Source: an uncultured virus (IMG/VR IMGVR_UViG_3300030329_003290)
Lineage: Duplodnaviria; Heunggongvirae; Uroviricota; Caudoviricetes
IMG/VR virus record: IMGVR_UViG_3300030329_003290
Direction: 5' to 3' (one strand)
DNA length: 64,000 bases
Shown: positions 40,091 through 49,507 of the stretch, piece after piece
How positions within the stretch are numbered: the first letter of the stretch is position 1
Layout: every line of letters starts with the position of its first letter
Notes under the pieces: model-generated
Database searches by the model: none
What the model saw: only the letters and a program-made list of their open reading frames with translations
What the model was told of the DNA's origin: nothing
Translations under genes and position numbers: made by a program

Positions 40091-40810
40091 TTATCCATCA
40101 TCACTTTCATCTGTTGCTGGTGGTGTCGGTGTCGGCTCTTCTATTTGTGGTGCTGGAACATTAGATATTGCCTCAGCAGCTGAACCATATTGTGCTAAAG
40201 CATTTTTCTGATTTGCACTAGATCCATATCCTCTTCTCATTTGTTTTTTTCGTTTTAGAGCAGCGTCCCTCTTTTTTCTCGCATCATTCTTTTTTCTCAG
40301 CCTAATTTCCATATCGTGTATCTTTTCATTGAAAGTTCCATCAACTTTAGTTTTTCCATCAGATAATGTTCCCCCAGCAAACCTTATAAATTGGTCTTGT
40401 GCTGGAGCTATAATATCAGCTACAGCAGTTAGGTGATTCAGTTCAAATTTTATTTCATCTTTCAAAAGTTTAGCTGCAAATTGTAAAGCAGCTGCTGCTG
40501 GATTCAATGCTCCAGCAATCGTATTTGTTTTATCAGCAGCATCAGCAGTCTTTACACCAATTTTAGCAGTCTTTATTGCTTTCTTTACTTTATCACGAGT
40601 CTTTTTAGTATCTACCCAAAATTGTGCTATTTTTTCTAAAGCTGCTCTAACTTCTTGTAACTGTTTATAGTACTTATCAGCTGCTGCTTCATTCGTTTCT
40701 ATAAATAGAATATACTCATCTGTTAGTTCTTCTAATCTCTGAACCTCTAACACACTTTGGTCGAGTATTTGTTTTTTTATAAGTTCAGATAAAATTGGTT
40801 TTCTTGGCAT
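40091..40810 (-). CDS. Helical Ala/Lys-rich hypothetical protein
   Basis: 239 aa, downstream of spike-like gene. Confidence 0.55.
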   Translation of the reverse strand: MPRKPILSELIKKQILDQSVLEVQRLEELTDEYILFIETNEAAADKYYKQLQEVRAALEKIAQFWVDTKKTRDKVKKAIKTAKIGVKTADAADKTNTIAGALNPAAAALQFAAKLLKDEIKFELNHLTAVADIIAPAQDQFIRFAGGTLSDGKTKVDGTFNEKIHDMEIRLRKKNDARKKRDAALKRKKQMRRGYGSSANQKNALAQYGSAAEAISNVPAPQIEEPTPTPPATDESDDG

Positions 40811-40814
40811 TCAA

Positions 40815-41966
40815 CTACTCCAAAAATACTTTCTTACTTACCATTCCACTATTTTCAATATCAGAACCTATGTACTTTGTTCTCATTGTTTCTATTGCTG
40901 TTTTTAGTTGGTCTGCAGCACCCTCTGCTTTGGTTTTTTGTAAAAACTCTGACTCATCATCATCACCAGTTGTAGAAAGTGTGTCTACAAAACCAGTTAC
41001 AGCCAATAATAACTCATTCATAAATCCTCTCATCTCTGTACCTTTTACTGCGGGATTGGTGGCATCTGTTTTACCTAACGAAACTTGATTCATTCCAACT
41101 AAATTTAAATCATTCAAACAAGTCAAACTTATATCATCTGCAGAATGCATTGATATTGAACTTACACGACTATTAAAAATTAATTGGTCTGATGTAATGG
41201 TAATTAGATTTCCAGATGTATCCCAAAAATCTTCTAATTCTGTTTCTAATGCTGATGGTTGTATATCAGCATTTCTAGGACTACTTGTAAATTCTATACA
41301 AGAACCTATACTATTAGCATTATGAAAGTGTGGAAAATATTTATCATAATTTTTATAACGAACCTGTACCCCATCCGTATCCTGCATATTGCCAATTACT
41401 ATTTTTGGATAAGCAGGTTTAGCATTCATTTCAAGCTCTGATGTTAGATTTATGTAATTACCGAATCTACCTTGTATTATAGTATCTCCGTGTTGTGGAG
41501 CTACTGGTCTTGCGTGATATGTTAATGATTCAAAAACCTGTCTTTCACCCGTTATTTTATTTACTCTATTATGATTTACCTTGCCTAATCTATTCAATGG
41601 AAAATCATAATAAATTGTACCTTCGTGTTCATCTAAAATAACTTCCTCATCCACCAATGGTAAACAAATAAAATGTGAACACTTAGAACCAATATTATTT
41701 ATTATTTTACCATTGTGATTTAATTCTACATCTATCTTACCAAACATATTCCATGCAGGAGTATCTACACCATCATTTCTTGTTAGTATAGGTAAATCAA
41801 ATTGAGAAGTATATACTTTAGTTACCCTAGCAGTTACTTGTTGCTTATATTCACTTTCTCTTTGCAGATCTCTAACTAAATTAACTGCATCTGTATGTGA
41901 TATAAAACCACTTTTTCTTTCTACTGTATTTTTATTGGGTAGTATATTTGCCGATATTTCCGACAT
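40815..41966 (-). CDS. Baseplate hub/central spike-like protein (gp5/gpV-like)
   Basis: LPLVDEEV OB-fold-like motif, GDTIIQGRFGNYI, beta-repeat ITSDQLIFNS, NPAVKG; no lysozyme domain recognised. Confidence 0.65.
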   Translation of the reverse strand: MSEISANILPNKNTVERKSGFISHTDAVNLVRDLQRESEYKQQVTARVTKVYTSQFDLPILTRNDGVDTPAWNMFGKIDVELNHNGKIINNIGSKCSHFICLPLVDEEVILDEHEGTIYYDFPLNRLGKVNHNRVNKITGERQVFESLTYHARPVAPQHGDTIIQGRFGNYINLTSELEMNAKPAYPKIVIGNMQDTDGVQVRYKNYDKYFPHFHNANSIGSCIEFTSSPRNADIQPSALETELEDFWDTSGNLITITSDQLIFNSRVSSISMHSADDISLTCLNDLNLVGMNQVSLGKTDATNPAVKGTEMRGFMNELLLAVTGFVDTLSTTGDDDESEFLQKTKAEGAADQLKTAIETMRTKYIGSDIENSGMVSKKVFLE

Positions 41967-42339
41967 CGTTTGTTTCCTCTAATTTATCTGAGTGTTTTTG
42001 TACATCGTTGGCAACTTCTTCAACTGCATTTAACAATTGCTCTTTTTCAGCTTCTGATAATCCGTATTCATCATCAGATCCACCTTTACTTTCAGCAGCC
42101 ATTATTCTTTGAACTATTGCTGCCATTTTTACAAGTTGGTCATCATTTTTTACATTGATTTCCAAATACTCTTTTAACATAGGAATAATTTGTACAGCAG
42201 TATCACCATCTTTTATGAATGATGTTACCTCTTTCATAAGTACTTCTAATTGTGTTTTATTCCTCTCTGTATTCTCATATATATCTTTGAATAAGTCTGA
42301 TAACGACTTACCCTCAAATATTTCATAATTATTAGCCAT
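41932..42339 (-). CDS. Hypothetical helical protein
   Basis: Likely start MANNYEIF at 42339 after GGAG. Confidence 0.6.
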   Translation of the reverse strand: MANNYEIFEGKSLSDLFKDIYENTERNKTQLEVLMKEVTSFIKDGDTAVQIIPMLKEYLEINVKNDDQLVKMAAIVQRIMAAESKGGSDDEYGLSEAEKEQLLNAVEEVANDVQKHSDKLEETNDVGNIGKYTTQ

Positions 42340-42470
42340 AATTGAACTCCATAGATATAAAAATGTGGTCATACATAAATAGATTGATAAACAACTTTTT
42401 AATAAATATATATGATAGTTATTATAGGGTATAAAAATCCCTGTTTTTTTTAACTAATTGGAGACTAAAC

Positions 42471-42692
42471 ATGAAGGAAATAATAACAATGGTAAAAGGC
42501 TATGTAGATGATTTAGCTCATCTTATGATGTCTTTTGTAGCTATAGGTGCTATATCTGAAGTAATCTTTGGAACTGGTGTCTTTGGCGTCAATGTTATTG
42601 GAAACCTGACATCCATCATAAACACATTCGGCGAATCTGGATTTGCTGGATTAGTCGCTTTGTTGGTGTTGGTTGGTTTGTTCCGTAAGTAG
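42471..42692 (+). CDS. Small two-helix membrane protein
   Basis: GGAG RBS, two hydrophobic segments, followed by terminator. Confidence 0.8.
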   Translation: MKEIITMVKGYVDDLAHLMMSFVAIGAISEVIFGTGVFGVNVIGNLTSIINTFGESGFAGLVALLVLVGLFRK

Positions 42693-42696
42693 TTCT

Positions 42697-42731
42697 AAAA
42701 ACAGGGGAAGTTAATACTTCCCCTGTGTTTT
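42697..42731. terminator. Bidirectional intrinsic terminator
   Basis: ACAGGGGAAGT-TAAT-ACTTCCCCTGT perfect 11-bp stem flanked by A and T runs, between convergent genes. Confidence 0.85.
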
Positions 42732-43479
42732 ATTGTGTTGTAACTTGATTGTCATTTCTAATCAAAGAACCTGTATAAGTCACATCAACAACCCCAAATT
42801 TATCAAATTCGTGAAATAATCTATCGTTGAACTTTTTCATCACATTTATAATGCGTGTAATATGTTGAGTGTTAGAGCCAGTCATTTCACGAATCAAAAT
42901 ATATAAAGCTTTCTTATTGAAATTTTCTATATTTTCTTTTATACGAAATATATGTAATACAGAGTCAGCAACTCTGATATCTTTGTCTCTACGAAAAACA
43001 TTAGTTAGGTTTGTATCCCAAAACCTATGTAGTTCATTTATAAATAATTCAGATCCTTCTTGAGAAGCTTCCAATTCTCTTTCTGCTTGTGTGTTTCGTT
43101 TATAGTCTAACACATCCATTTGAGAATGAATTTTACCCATTTTATAATTTTTATTGTTATTTAGAATAAGATAGTTTTTTGCCACAATACTGAAATATGA
43201 GAATGCTCTACCTTTACCCTCTTTGAATTTATGCATATTCATTACAAGAAAAGAAACCACCTCATGCTTTACTTCTTCCGAACTAACATCAAAATAATAA
43301 AATTTGAAAGTGTGGATTATATTTTCAACTAACTTCTCAAAAGCCTTTCTGATATGTTCATTGTATATCTTATTCCTCAGTACATGATTATCTTCAGCAT
43401 TATTATATCTGATAATTGCTTTTTCTGTTGTCATTGTAAAGTAGTATCTACTACTTCCTTTTTTTGCTTTTCTAGCCAC
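42730..43479 (-). CDS. Phage late-transcription sigma factor (T4 gp55-like)
   Basis: HKFKEGKGRAFSYFSIVAKNYL matches sigma region 2 as in gp55-like proteins. Confidence 0.7.
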   Translation of the reverse strand: MARKAKKGSSRYYFTMTTEKAIIRYNNAEDNHVLRNKIYNEHIRKAFEKLVENIIHTFKFYYFDVSSEEVKHEVVSFLVMNMHKFKEGKGRAFSYFSIVAKNYLILNNNKNYKMGKIHSQMDVLDYKRNTQAERELEASQEGSELFINELHRFWDTNLTNVFRRDKDIRVADSVLHIFRIKENIENFNKKALYILIREMTGSNTQHITRIINVMKKFNDRLFHEFDKFGVVDVTYTGSLIRNDNQVTTQ

Positions 43480-43736
43480 TATTGTTGCTCCTCTTCTATA
43501 TCAAGTTCACTAACTGCTTTTACGATTTCTCTGAATATAATTCCTACCTCATCATCTTCTTCGAAGTATTCTTTATAGTCAAGTTCTTTTATTGTTTTAT
43601 TGACATTTACCATTCTTGTACTGTATTCATCTATCCAGTCTTCCATAACTTCCATCTTTTTCATAGTGTTCCAAAGTCCGTACCAAGAAGTTACACATAA
43701 TATTGCCAATAATCCAAGTATTATTTCTAAAATCAT
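43479..43736 (-). CDS. Membrane-anchored acidic protein
   Basis: N-terminal TM, acidic coiled coil. Confidence 0.6.
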   Translation of the reverse strand: MILEIILGLLAILCVTSWYGLWNTMKKMEVMEDWIDEYSTRMVNVNKTIKELDYKEYFEEDDEVGIIFREIVKAVSELDIEEEQQ

Positions 43737-44503
43737 TCTTTTTCCCCAAATAACTCTTCAAATAAATCTTGTGATTTGTTTTTCAATCTATCACTATCAT
43801 CAGTTTTAGTATCAACTGCTTTCTTTATACTTTCGGATACTCTAACATTTTCTTCTTCATCTAATCTCATCCATTGGTCGTATTCGATATGGGTAGCCAT
43901 CATATCTGCCTGATGTAATATGTATGCGATATTAGACCTCAGAGACCAATCAGGATTGTAATTCATATAGTATGTCTTATTAGCATCTTCATACATACCA
44001 TCCGTAAGTCTCAATCCGATATATTCCCATTCCGACATTGGTATTCCAAAATGCTGTAACAAAAATAAAGACCTATCTGTTACGGACATATACTGAAGTT
44101 TCGGATTGTGTTTGAATATAGAACCTTGATTCTTTCTGTGCCACTCTGAGTCTTGTGGTATATAATAGTCTTCATCTAAATCACCAACCTTACCTAAGTC
44201 GTGATGCATAGCAGCAAAGATAAGTTCTTCATCTGTAAAGTTTATTGTAGCACCATCCTCAACCCATAACTTTTTTATCTTCAAAGCGCAATTTGTAACA
44301 TGCAATACATGCTCTACATAACCACCTACCATAGCATTATGATAATGTGCTTTGCCACTAGCAGGTGCTACTGACATTCTATCTTCAAAATAAGTATACA
44401 TAGTCTTTAGTTTTTTCAATCTATCCCCATCGAATGTATCCTCAATAAGTTTCATCAACTTATCCCAATTTTCTATTATTTGATTTTCTGTAAGCTGTTT
44501 CAT
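43733..44503 (-). CDS. HD-domain phosphohydrolase
   Basis: APAS..YHNA..GGYVEH, HHDLGK, LHQAD. Confidence 0.85.
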   Translation of the reverse strand: MKQLTENQIIENWDKLMKLIEDTFDGDRLKKLKTMYTYFEDRMSVAPASGKAHYHNAMVGGYVEHVLHVTNCALKIKKLWVEDGATINFTDEELIFAAMHHDLGKVGDLDEDYYIPQDSEWHRKNQGSIFKHNPKLQYMSVTDRSLFLLQHFGIPMSEWEYIGLRLTDGMYEDANKTYYMNYNPDWSLRSNIAYILHQADMMATHIEYDQWMRLDEEENVRVSESIKKAVDTKTDDSDRLKNKSQDLFEELFGEKE

Positions 44504-44829
44504 TACACAGTCTCCTTTCTCATATTTTTAATTTCCCATATGTATCTACTTGGGACATATCCGTTAGAACTCTTATTCCAGCTTTTTTCTTCTATTGGCA
44601 CATCGTTGATATCTCTTCTATCATAGTTTCGAAATCGTTTAGGAATAAAAGACCAATATTCGGTATCATACTTTTCATTTAGAAATACTCTGACATATAT
44701 CTTTTTACCAATATTATTTTTGAGTTTTTCACTATCCTTACTGTTACTGATTCTATATACTTCTCTACCCTCATAGAAAGAATCAGCACCTGGCGTCCAA
44801 CTTTCTATTGTATTATTATTATTGTTCAT
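44503..44829 (-). CDS. Hypothetical protein
   Basis: 108 aa, TAATG-coupled on both sides. Confidence 0.55.
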   Translation of the reverse strand: MNNNNNTIESWTPGADSFYEGREVYRISNSKDSEKLKNNIGKKIYVRVFLNEKYDTEYWSFIPKRFRNYDRRDINDVPIEEKSWNKSSNGYVPSRYIWEIKNMRKETV

Positions 44830-46166
44830 TATCTTACCTCATAACCATATTTAGTTAGTTTTATTGTAGGTTCAGTTCTAAGTCTATTTCTGTAAATATC
44901 AAATGGTATTCCTCTACCCCATTTCAAATATTCCATTATTTGTGTTTTAGTTACCGAGCCAACTTTGTGGATATAATCCAGAATTTTTTTATAACCATCT
45001 GTATCTTTCTTTACCATCTTTAGATTATCTTCAGCTTTTACGAAATGACTGTTGTATTGTTTTATAATATTTTCCCACGAGTTTTTCTTTGCTAATTTTA
45101 CAGACCTAATAGAATATTCTCCTCTTAGACTCACATTGTCTAACACCATATTCATCTTTGTCATGAACTCTTCGTCTTTGTCAAAATAGATACCAGCCTT
45201 TTCAGCATATTGTGAATAGTAGTTAGCATTGTAAAATATGTAAGGTACACCAACTGCCATACCATCAGAAGCAGAGTTAGCCCAACCTGTATGATGTGAT
45301 TGTCCACATACACCAACCCAACATTTAGATAACTCTGTGAAATATCCTTGTCTATCAAATTTACTATTATAAATATATTCTCTATCCATTGAATCAGCAA
45401 GCGGCACCCATACTGTAAAATCTTTTCTTTGTTCCCATAACTTATCCATCTGTTGTAAGAACCAAGGATAACTTTTATAACTATTAGCCCTATGATTCCA
45501 AACGATTATCTTAGGCTCTAATTGTGGTTTTTTTCTTGGGCCTTCTACATTATCCCAACCACGAGGTAGAGGTTCTATCTTATCTTTTAGTATCTCTATA
45601 TCTTTATCTGGCAAACAATTTGGTGCGTGTTCTATAATAGTATCTTTTACTGCTTGTGAGTTTACACCACAACTATTCATAGACATCAAACCAGCATAGT
45701 GATGTCTAAGTAAACTAGCTTCATATAATGTGGTTTTAGGTATTTCTATATAAGCATCATAACCAAATATTACAGGCCTACAATTAGTCAAATTTCTAAA
45801 ATGATTTTCTATTTGTAGTGTATGTTCTGGCAAATAACAATAAACAAAATCCCAATCCGTATTTTTGAAATCAGTTATTTTAGATAACTGATAAGTATCA
45901 AAATGCTGTCTCATCTCATTTGGATAAGTTGGTTGTTTGTAAATAACTTGTTCTGTATTATCATACTGAAAGCCTGGCATTATCTCAGGAGTCAATACAG
46001 TAAAGTGTACATCCTCTCTCATCGCTGTCAAATACTTTAGTATGTTAGACATTATAATATAGTAACTATCCTTTGTAAAATCTTTTTGAAAAGTTATATT
46101 AGGATATACTAAACATCTATATTTGTATTCTCTACTTTCGTCTAAGTCTTGAAAAAAATCGTTCAT
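44829..46166 (-). CDS. GT-B glycosyltransferase (GT4-like) with short C-terminal helical domain
   Basis: IIVWNHR..YKSY, GWANSASDGMAVGVPYI, SWENII pattern. Confidence 0.7.
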   Translation of the reverse strand: MNDFFQDLDESREYKYRCLVYPNITFQKDFTKDSYYIIMSNILKYLTAMREDVHFTVLTPEIMPGFQYDNTEQVIYKQPTYPNEMRQHFDTYQLSKITDFKNTDWDFVYCYLPEHTLQIENHFRNLTNCRPVIFGYDAYIEIPKTTLYEASLLRHHYAGLMSMNSCGVNSQAVKDTIIEHAPNCLPDKDIEILKDKIEPLPRGWDNVEGPRKKPQLEPKIIVWNHRANSYKSYPWFLQQMDKLWEQRKDFTVWVPLADSMDREYIYNSKFDRQGYFTELSKCWVGVCGQSHHTGWANSASDGMAVGVPYIFYNANYYSQYAEKAGIYFDKDEEFMTKMNMVLDNVSLRGEYSIRSVKLAKKNSWENIIKQYNSHFVKAEDNLKMVKKDTDGYKKILDYIHKVGSVTKTQIMEYLKWGRGIPFDIYRNRLRTEPTIKLTKYGYEVR

Positions 46167-46945
46167 TTCAATATGTCAATTAGTTTGTTACTTGTAAATT
46201 TCTTTATACCAATAGAGTCTTCAATTCTTTTGAGTGACTTTTCATAATACTCTTCATCTAACTCACAACCTAAAAACTCTCTATCTGTATTAGCACAAGC
46301 TATAGTTGTACTACCACTTCCATTGAATATATCTAATACAACATCGCCAGGATTTGTATGAGCCTTTATGATTCTTTCTAATAACTCAATTGGTTTTTGC
46401 GTTGGATGCCAACCAGCATATTCTTTTGATGTAGTGTGATTATTTTTAGGCCATACATCCGTTGGTATTTTTCCTAATGGATTCAATTCTACACCTTTAC
46501 GAACACTCTTTTTCATAATGTATGGTATTCTAACATCATCTTTATTGAACATAAATTCTTTACCCTTAGAATACATAAGTAAGTCTTCGTGTTTTCTAGC
46601 AAAATTCTTTTTTGTTCTACCACCCCAATCATAAGACCAGATTATCCAACTCTGATAAACCATATCCTCAAGTGAATTTAGTACATCCAACTTATATCTC
46701 AAAAATGTATCTGTTTTAGTAGTACCCCAAACATACATACAACCATTTGGTTTTAGTACTCTAGCACATTCTTCACTCCATTCCATACACCAATCTAAAT
46801 AATCTTTTTCTGTATCCCAAGCAGAGTCCCATCCCTTACCACCATCAAATCCTATAAAGTATGGTGGGTCTGTTAGAACCAATTCAACCGACTCAGTATC
46901 TAATTCTTTCAAAAATTCTAAACAATCTTTATTTTCTAAAATCAT
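46163..46945 (-). CDS. Beta-class amino (N6A/N4C) DNA methyltransferase
   Basis: LTDPPY, HPTQKP, VLDIFNGSGST. Confidence 0.92.
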   Translation of the reverse strand: MILENKDCLEFLKELDTESVELVLTDPPYFIGFDGGKGWDSAWDTEKDYLDWCMEWSEECARVLKPNGCMYVWGTTKTDTFLRYKLDVLNSLEDMVYQSWIIWSYDWGGRTKKNFARKHEDLLMYSKGKEFMFNKDDVRIPYIMKKSVRKGVELNPLGKIPTDVWPKNNHTTSKEYAGWHPTQKPIELLERIIKAHTNPGDVVLDIFNGSGSTTIACANTDREFLGCELDEEYYEKSLKRIEDSIGIKKFTSNKLIDILK

Positions 46946-47388
46946 GGTTTAAGTTTACCCTCTAAGCGTAATTTATCATATACTGCGTCTACATACTCTT
47001 TTGATTCTTTTAGAGACTTATCCAATCCATAAACTATTGGCGCATTTCTTCTGTAGTGTTTTATCGCATTTATTTTTTGAGGACCTTGTGGGTTTAATAA
47101 AAATTGTTCTATTTCTTTCTCCAATATAACAGGTGGTACTTTAGAAGGATCTTCTCCATTATATATCATTCTTCTTATTTTCCATATAGTGTTAGCCTGT
47201 AACATCACATCACGCAATTCACGATATGACATATTGGTATAATCCTCTTTTACTTTTGATAATAAGCTGTAAGCATCTGTAGTGTGTTTTGTAAATAATT
47301 CTTCGTCACTTGGTTTATCAGGTTCAGTAGCTCTAGATAACTTTACTAACCTTTCAAGCTTTTCTACCATCCAATCTTTTTTGCTCAT
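46942..47388 (-). CDS. Protein with C-terminal ribosomal bL12 (L7/L12) CTD-like motif
   Basis: KINAIKHYR...SLKESKEYVD compared with bL12 KIxVIKxVR..GLKEAKxLV. Confidence 0.6.
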   Translation of the reverse strand: MSKKDWMVEKLERLVKLSRATEPDKPSDEELFTKHTTDAYSLLSKVKEDYTNMSYRELRDVMLQANTIWKIRRMIYNGEDPSKVPPVILEKEIEQFLLNPQGPQKINAIKHYRRNAPIVYGLDKSLKESKEYVDAVYDKLRLEGKLKP

Positions 47389-48578
47389 CTACCAACTTCT
47401 CCTAAGTATTGTTTTTTAGTTTCTTCCCAACTCTTACCTACAATATCACCATAGAATAATTTTTCTGGCTTTAGTCTACCCTCATCAAATAACTTACTAT
47501 ATCTTTTGATAGCTTTTGGTTTCCACCACTTCATAATATAATCTGAATCTTCAACATACTTTTGTTTCATCTTCAACTCTGATTCTTCAATCTCACCTCT
47601 GAGAAATTCCTTACCATTCTCGTACATATCAGCAAAGTATATACCTCTTTTGAATCCGTGTTGATATTCAGATGCTTTTACTCCGACAACTTTGAATATC
47701 ATATTTATTGTCTTTTGTTTCACACCAGTTGGAGGACCAGCAACACCTTCTTTTTGTGTAGTAGCCGCTTTGTATTCTTCTTCCCTATTTTCTTTCAACC
47801 ATTGGTGCCATATATCATAAGTTTCATCATCTGGCTTTAGCGCGATTCTACCTTTTGAGCTTCCCATTGTTCTCCATAGTGGTATGGAGTTATACATAGA
47901 GTGAATTCCATATAGCGATGTTGTCGATAATCCCACAAGTGTCTGTCCATACAATTTCTTCCAAGCGTCTCTTACAACCGATGAGGTGACTAAAGCGGCT
48001 ACTAACTTACCCCCTAAAAAATTAAAACCTAATGGTTGAGCACAACAAATAGTAGTTCCAATAGATGTATATTTTAGCTTACCATCTTTGAACTTATTAT
48101 CCTTTGTCCAACCAATAAATTTATCTCTAGCTCCTAATGAAGTTACATCAGAGCCTAAACATATTATACCTAAAATCTTTTTACTAACTTTATCTTTTAC
48201 ATAAAACTTTATATTTCTGCCAGGATTAGCAGTAAACTCCATAGTGTGAATCAACCTACGAACCAATGTCCACTCTTCATTATGTTTAGCATTACCTTGT
48301 TCTGTCATCTCAACATAAGGTTCTAAGGCTTCTATCTCTTTGATAGTTTGTTCTTTATTATTTATATCTTTTGGTGTCCAAATAGACTTTTCTATTTTAG
48401 AAAATTGAGTGGCTTTTTGTGTCATAGAATAAACATCGGCATTGAACTCTAGCCACTTCTTATATAATGTTTGTTCTTGTACTGACATAGATTTGAGAAA
48501 ATCTAAGTTGTCGATAAACTTCTTGCGTTCAGCATCGAAGTCAAATTGCGGTTCGTCAAAAAAGTCGTTAAAACCCAT
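47385..48578 (-). CDS. DUF4338 / DruA-like domain protein
   Basis: PGRNIKFYV, ARDKFIGW, QPLGFNFLGGKL, TTSLYG..YN. Confidence 0.7.
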   Translation of the reverse strand: MGFNDFFDEPQFDFDAERKKFIDNLDFLKSMSVQEQTLYKKWLEFNADVYSMTQKATQFSKIEKSIWTPKDINNKEQTIKEIEALEPYVEMTEQGNAKHNEEWTLVRRLIHTMEFTANPGRNIKFYVKDKVSKKILGIICLGSDVTSLGARDKFIGWTKDNKFKDGKLKYTSIGTTICCAQPLGFNFLGGKLVAALVTSSVVRDAWKKLYGQTLVGLSTTSLYGIHSMYNSIPLWRTMGSSKGRIALKPDDETYDIWHQWLKENREEEYKAATTQKEGVAGPPTGVKQKTINMIFKVVGVKASEYQHGFKRGIYFADMYENGKEFLRGEIEESELKMKQKYVEDSDYIMKWWKPKAIKRYSKLFDEGRLKPEKLFYGDIVGKSWEETKKQYLGEVGR

Positions 48579-48633
48579 TCTATTCCTTATTCAATTATCA
48601 TTTAGTAAATAGCCTTGCTGGCCAAAAATTTTG

Positions 48634-48705
48634 AGCGGTGGGTTGGAGTCGAACCAACACCTTTTTGATGGAATCAAAACGACTTTCCTATAAGTCTTCC
48701 ACCGC
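48634..48705 (-). tRNA. tRNA-Gly(UCC), atypical
   Basis: GCGGTGG/CCACCGC acceptor, U73, GACT/AGTC D-stem, TTTTG-ATTCCAT-CAAAA anticodon arm, GTTGG-TTCGACT-CCAAC T-arm; CCA not encoded. Confidence 0.88.
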
Positions 48706-48756
48706 ATAAATAAATATATATTCAATTCTCCAAATACAAAAAAAACTCTTGAGTCA

Positions 48757-49350
48757 TCAAGAGTTTTCTTCGAACCAATTTTCATCTTTGAAAACGATTT
48801 CATAAGTAGAAGCATCTTCCAAATCCACAACAACACTATTTAGATTAGTAGTAGCGCCTTCCTTACGATTGTTATTGTTTTCAGTAAGTGTATCAATAAC
48901 ATAATCAGTATGTGGTTTGATAATCAAAACACACTTCTCTTTCCAAAACACACCAAAATAGTGGTTGTGATTTGAATAAGCATCAATCGCATCTTGTGTA
49001 TATGCCCCATTGTAAACACCAGGAACTTTGAGAGCAGAAAATCTCAAACCTGTATTATGGTTTCTAATTTGACGAGTAAGATTACGAACCTCTTTGTCGT
49101 TTATTGCCTTACTTTTATACTCAGCAGTTTGTCCATCAGCCTCATAAGCATCAGCACCATATTTATCACTACCTTTACCAGCAGAGATTTTATCAAATGC
49201 CTTATGGCCTAATTTTTCAGCTATAACAAATTCTCTCCATTGAGTCTTATCTGTAATTTTTTGAGCACCATCTCTTTCACCCATAAGATACATAGCATGA
49301 GCCAAATCCTCATAAGAGTAATTTTCAATCAAAGTGTCTATTGTTTTCAT
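48757..49350 (-). CDS. PD-(D/E)xK restriction endonuclease-like protein
   Basis: WRE...YGADAYEADGQTAEYKS resembles the PvuII-type catalytic motif; GAGG RBS before MKTIDT. Confidence 0.6.
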   Translation of the reverse strand: MKTIDTLIENYSYEDLAHAMYLMGERDGAQKITDKTQWREFVIAEKLGHKAFDKISAGKGSDKYGADAYEADGQTAEYKSKAINDKEVRNLTRQIRNHNTGLRFSALKVPGVYNGAYTQDAIDAYSNHNHYFGVFWKEKCVLIIKPHTDYVIDTLTENNNNRKEGATTNLNSVVVDLEDASTYEIVFKDENWFEENS

Positions 49351-49376
49351 ATTATTTTCCTCTTTCATAACACCTA

Positions 49377-49406
49377 AAGCTAACATTAAAAACAGGTAAA
49401 AGTCAA
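49377..49406 (-). promoter_or_regulatory. Sigma70-type promoter
   Basis: TTGACT-N18-TAGCTT with TG before the -10. Confidence 0.7.
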
Positions 49407-49429
49407 GGTTTTTTTATAACTTTTTCTTG

Positions 49430-49502
49430 TGGAGCTGACAGGAATCGAACCTGCGACCTCCGCAGTGCAAGTGCGGCGCTCTCCCAACTGAGCTACAGCC
49501 CC
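49430..49502 (-). tRNA. tRNA-Ala(UGC)
   Basis: GGGGCTGTAGCTCAGTTGGGAGAGCGCCGCACTTGCACTGCGGAGGTCGCAGGTTCGATTCCTGTCAGCTCCA; G3:U70; CCA not encoded. Confidence 0.97.
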
Positions 49503-49507
49503 ATATA

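Noticed and set aside
48591..48836. 81-aa minus-strand ORF
   Set aside because: Runs through the tRNA-Gly cloverleaf and the end of the nuclease gene; no RBS
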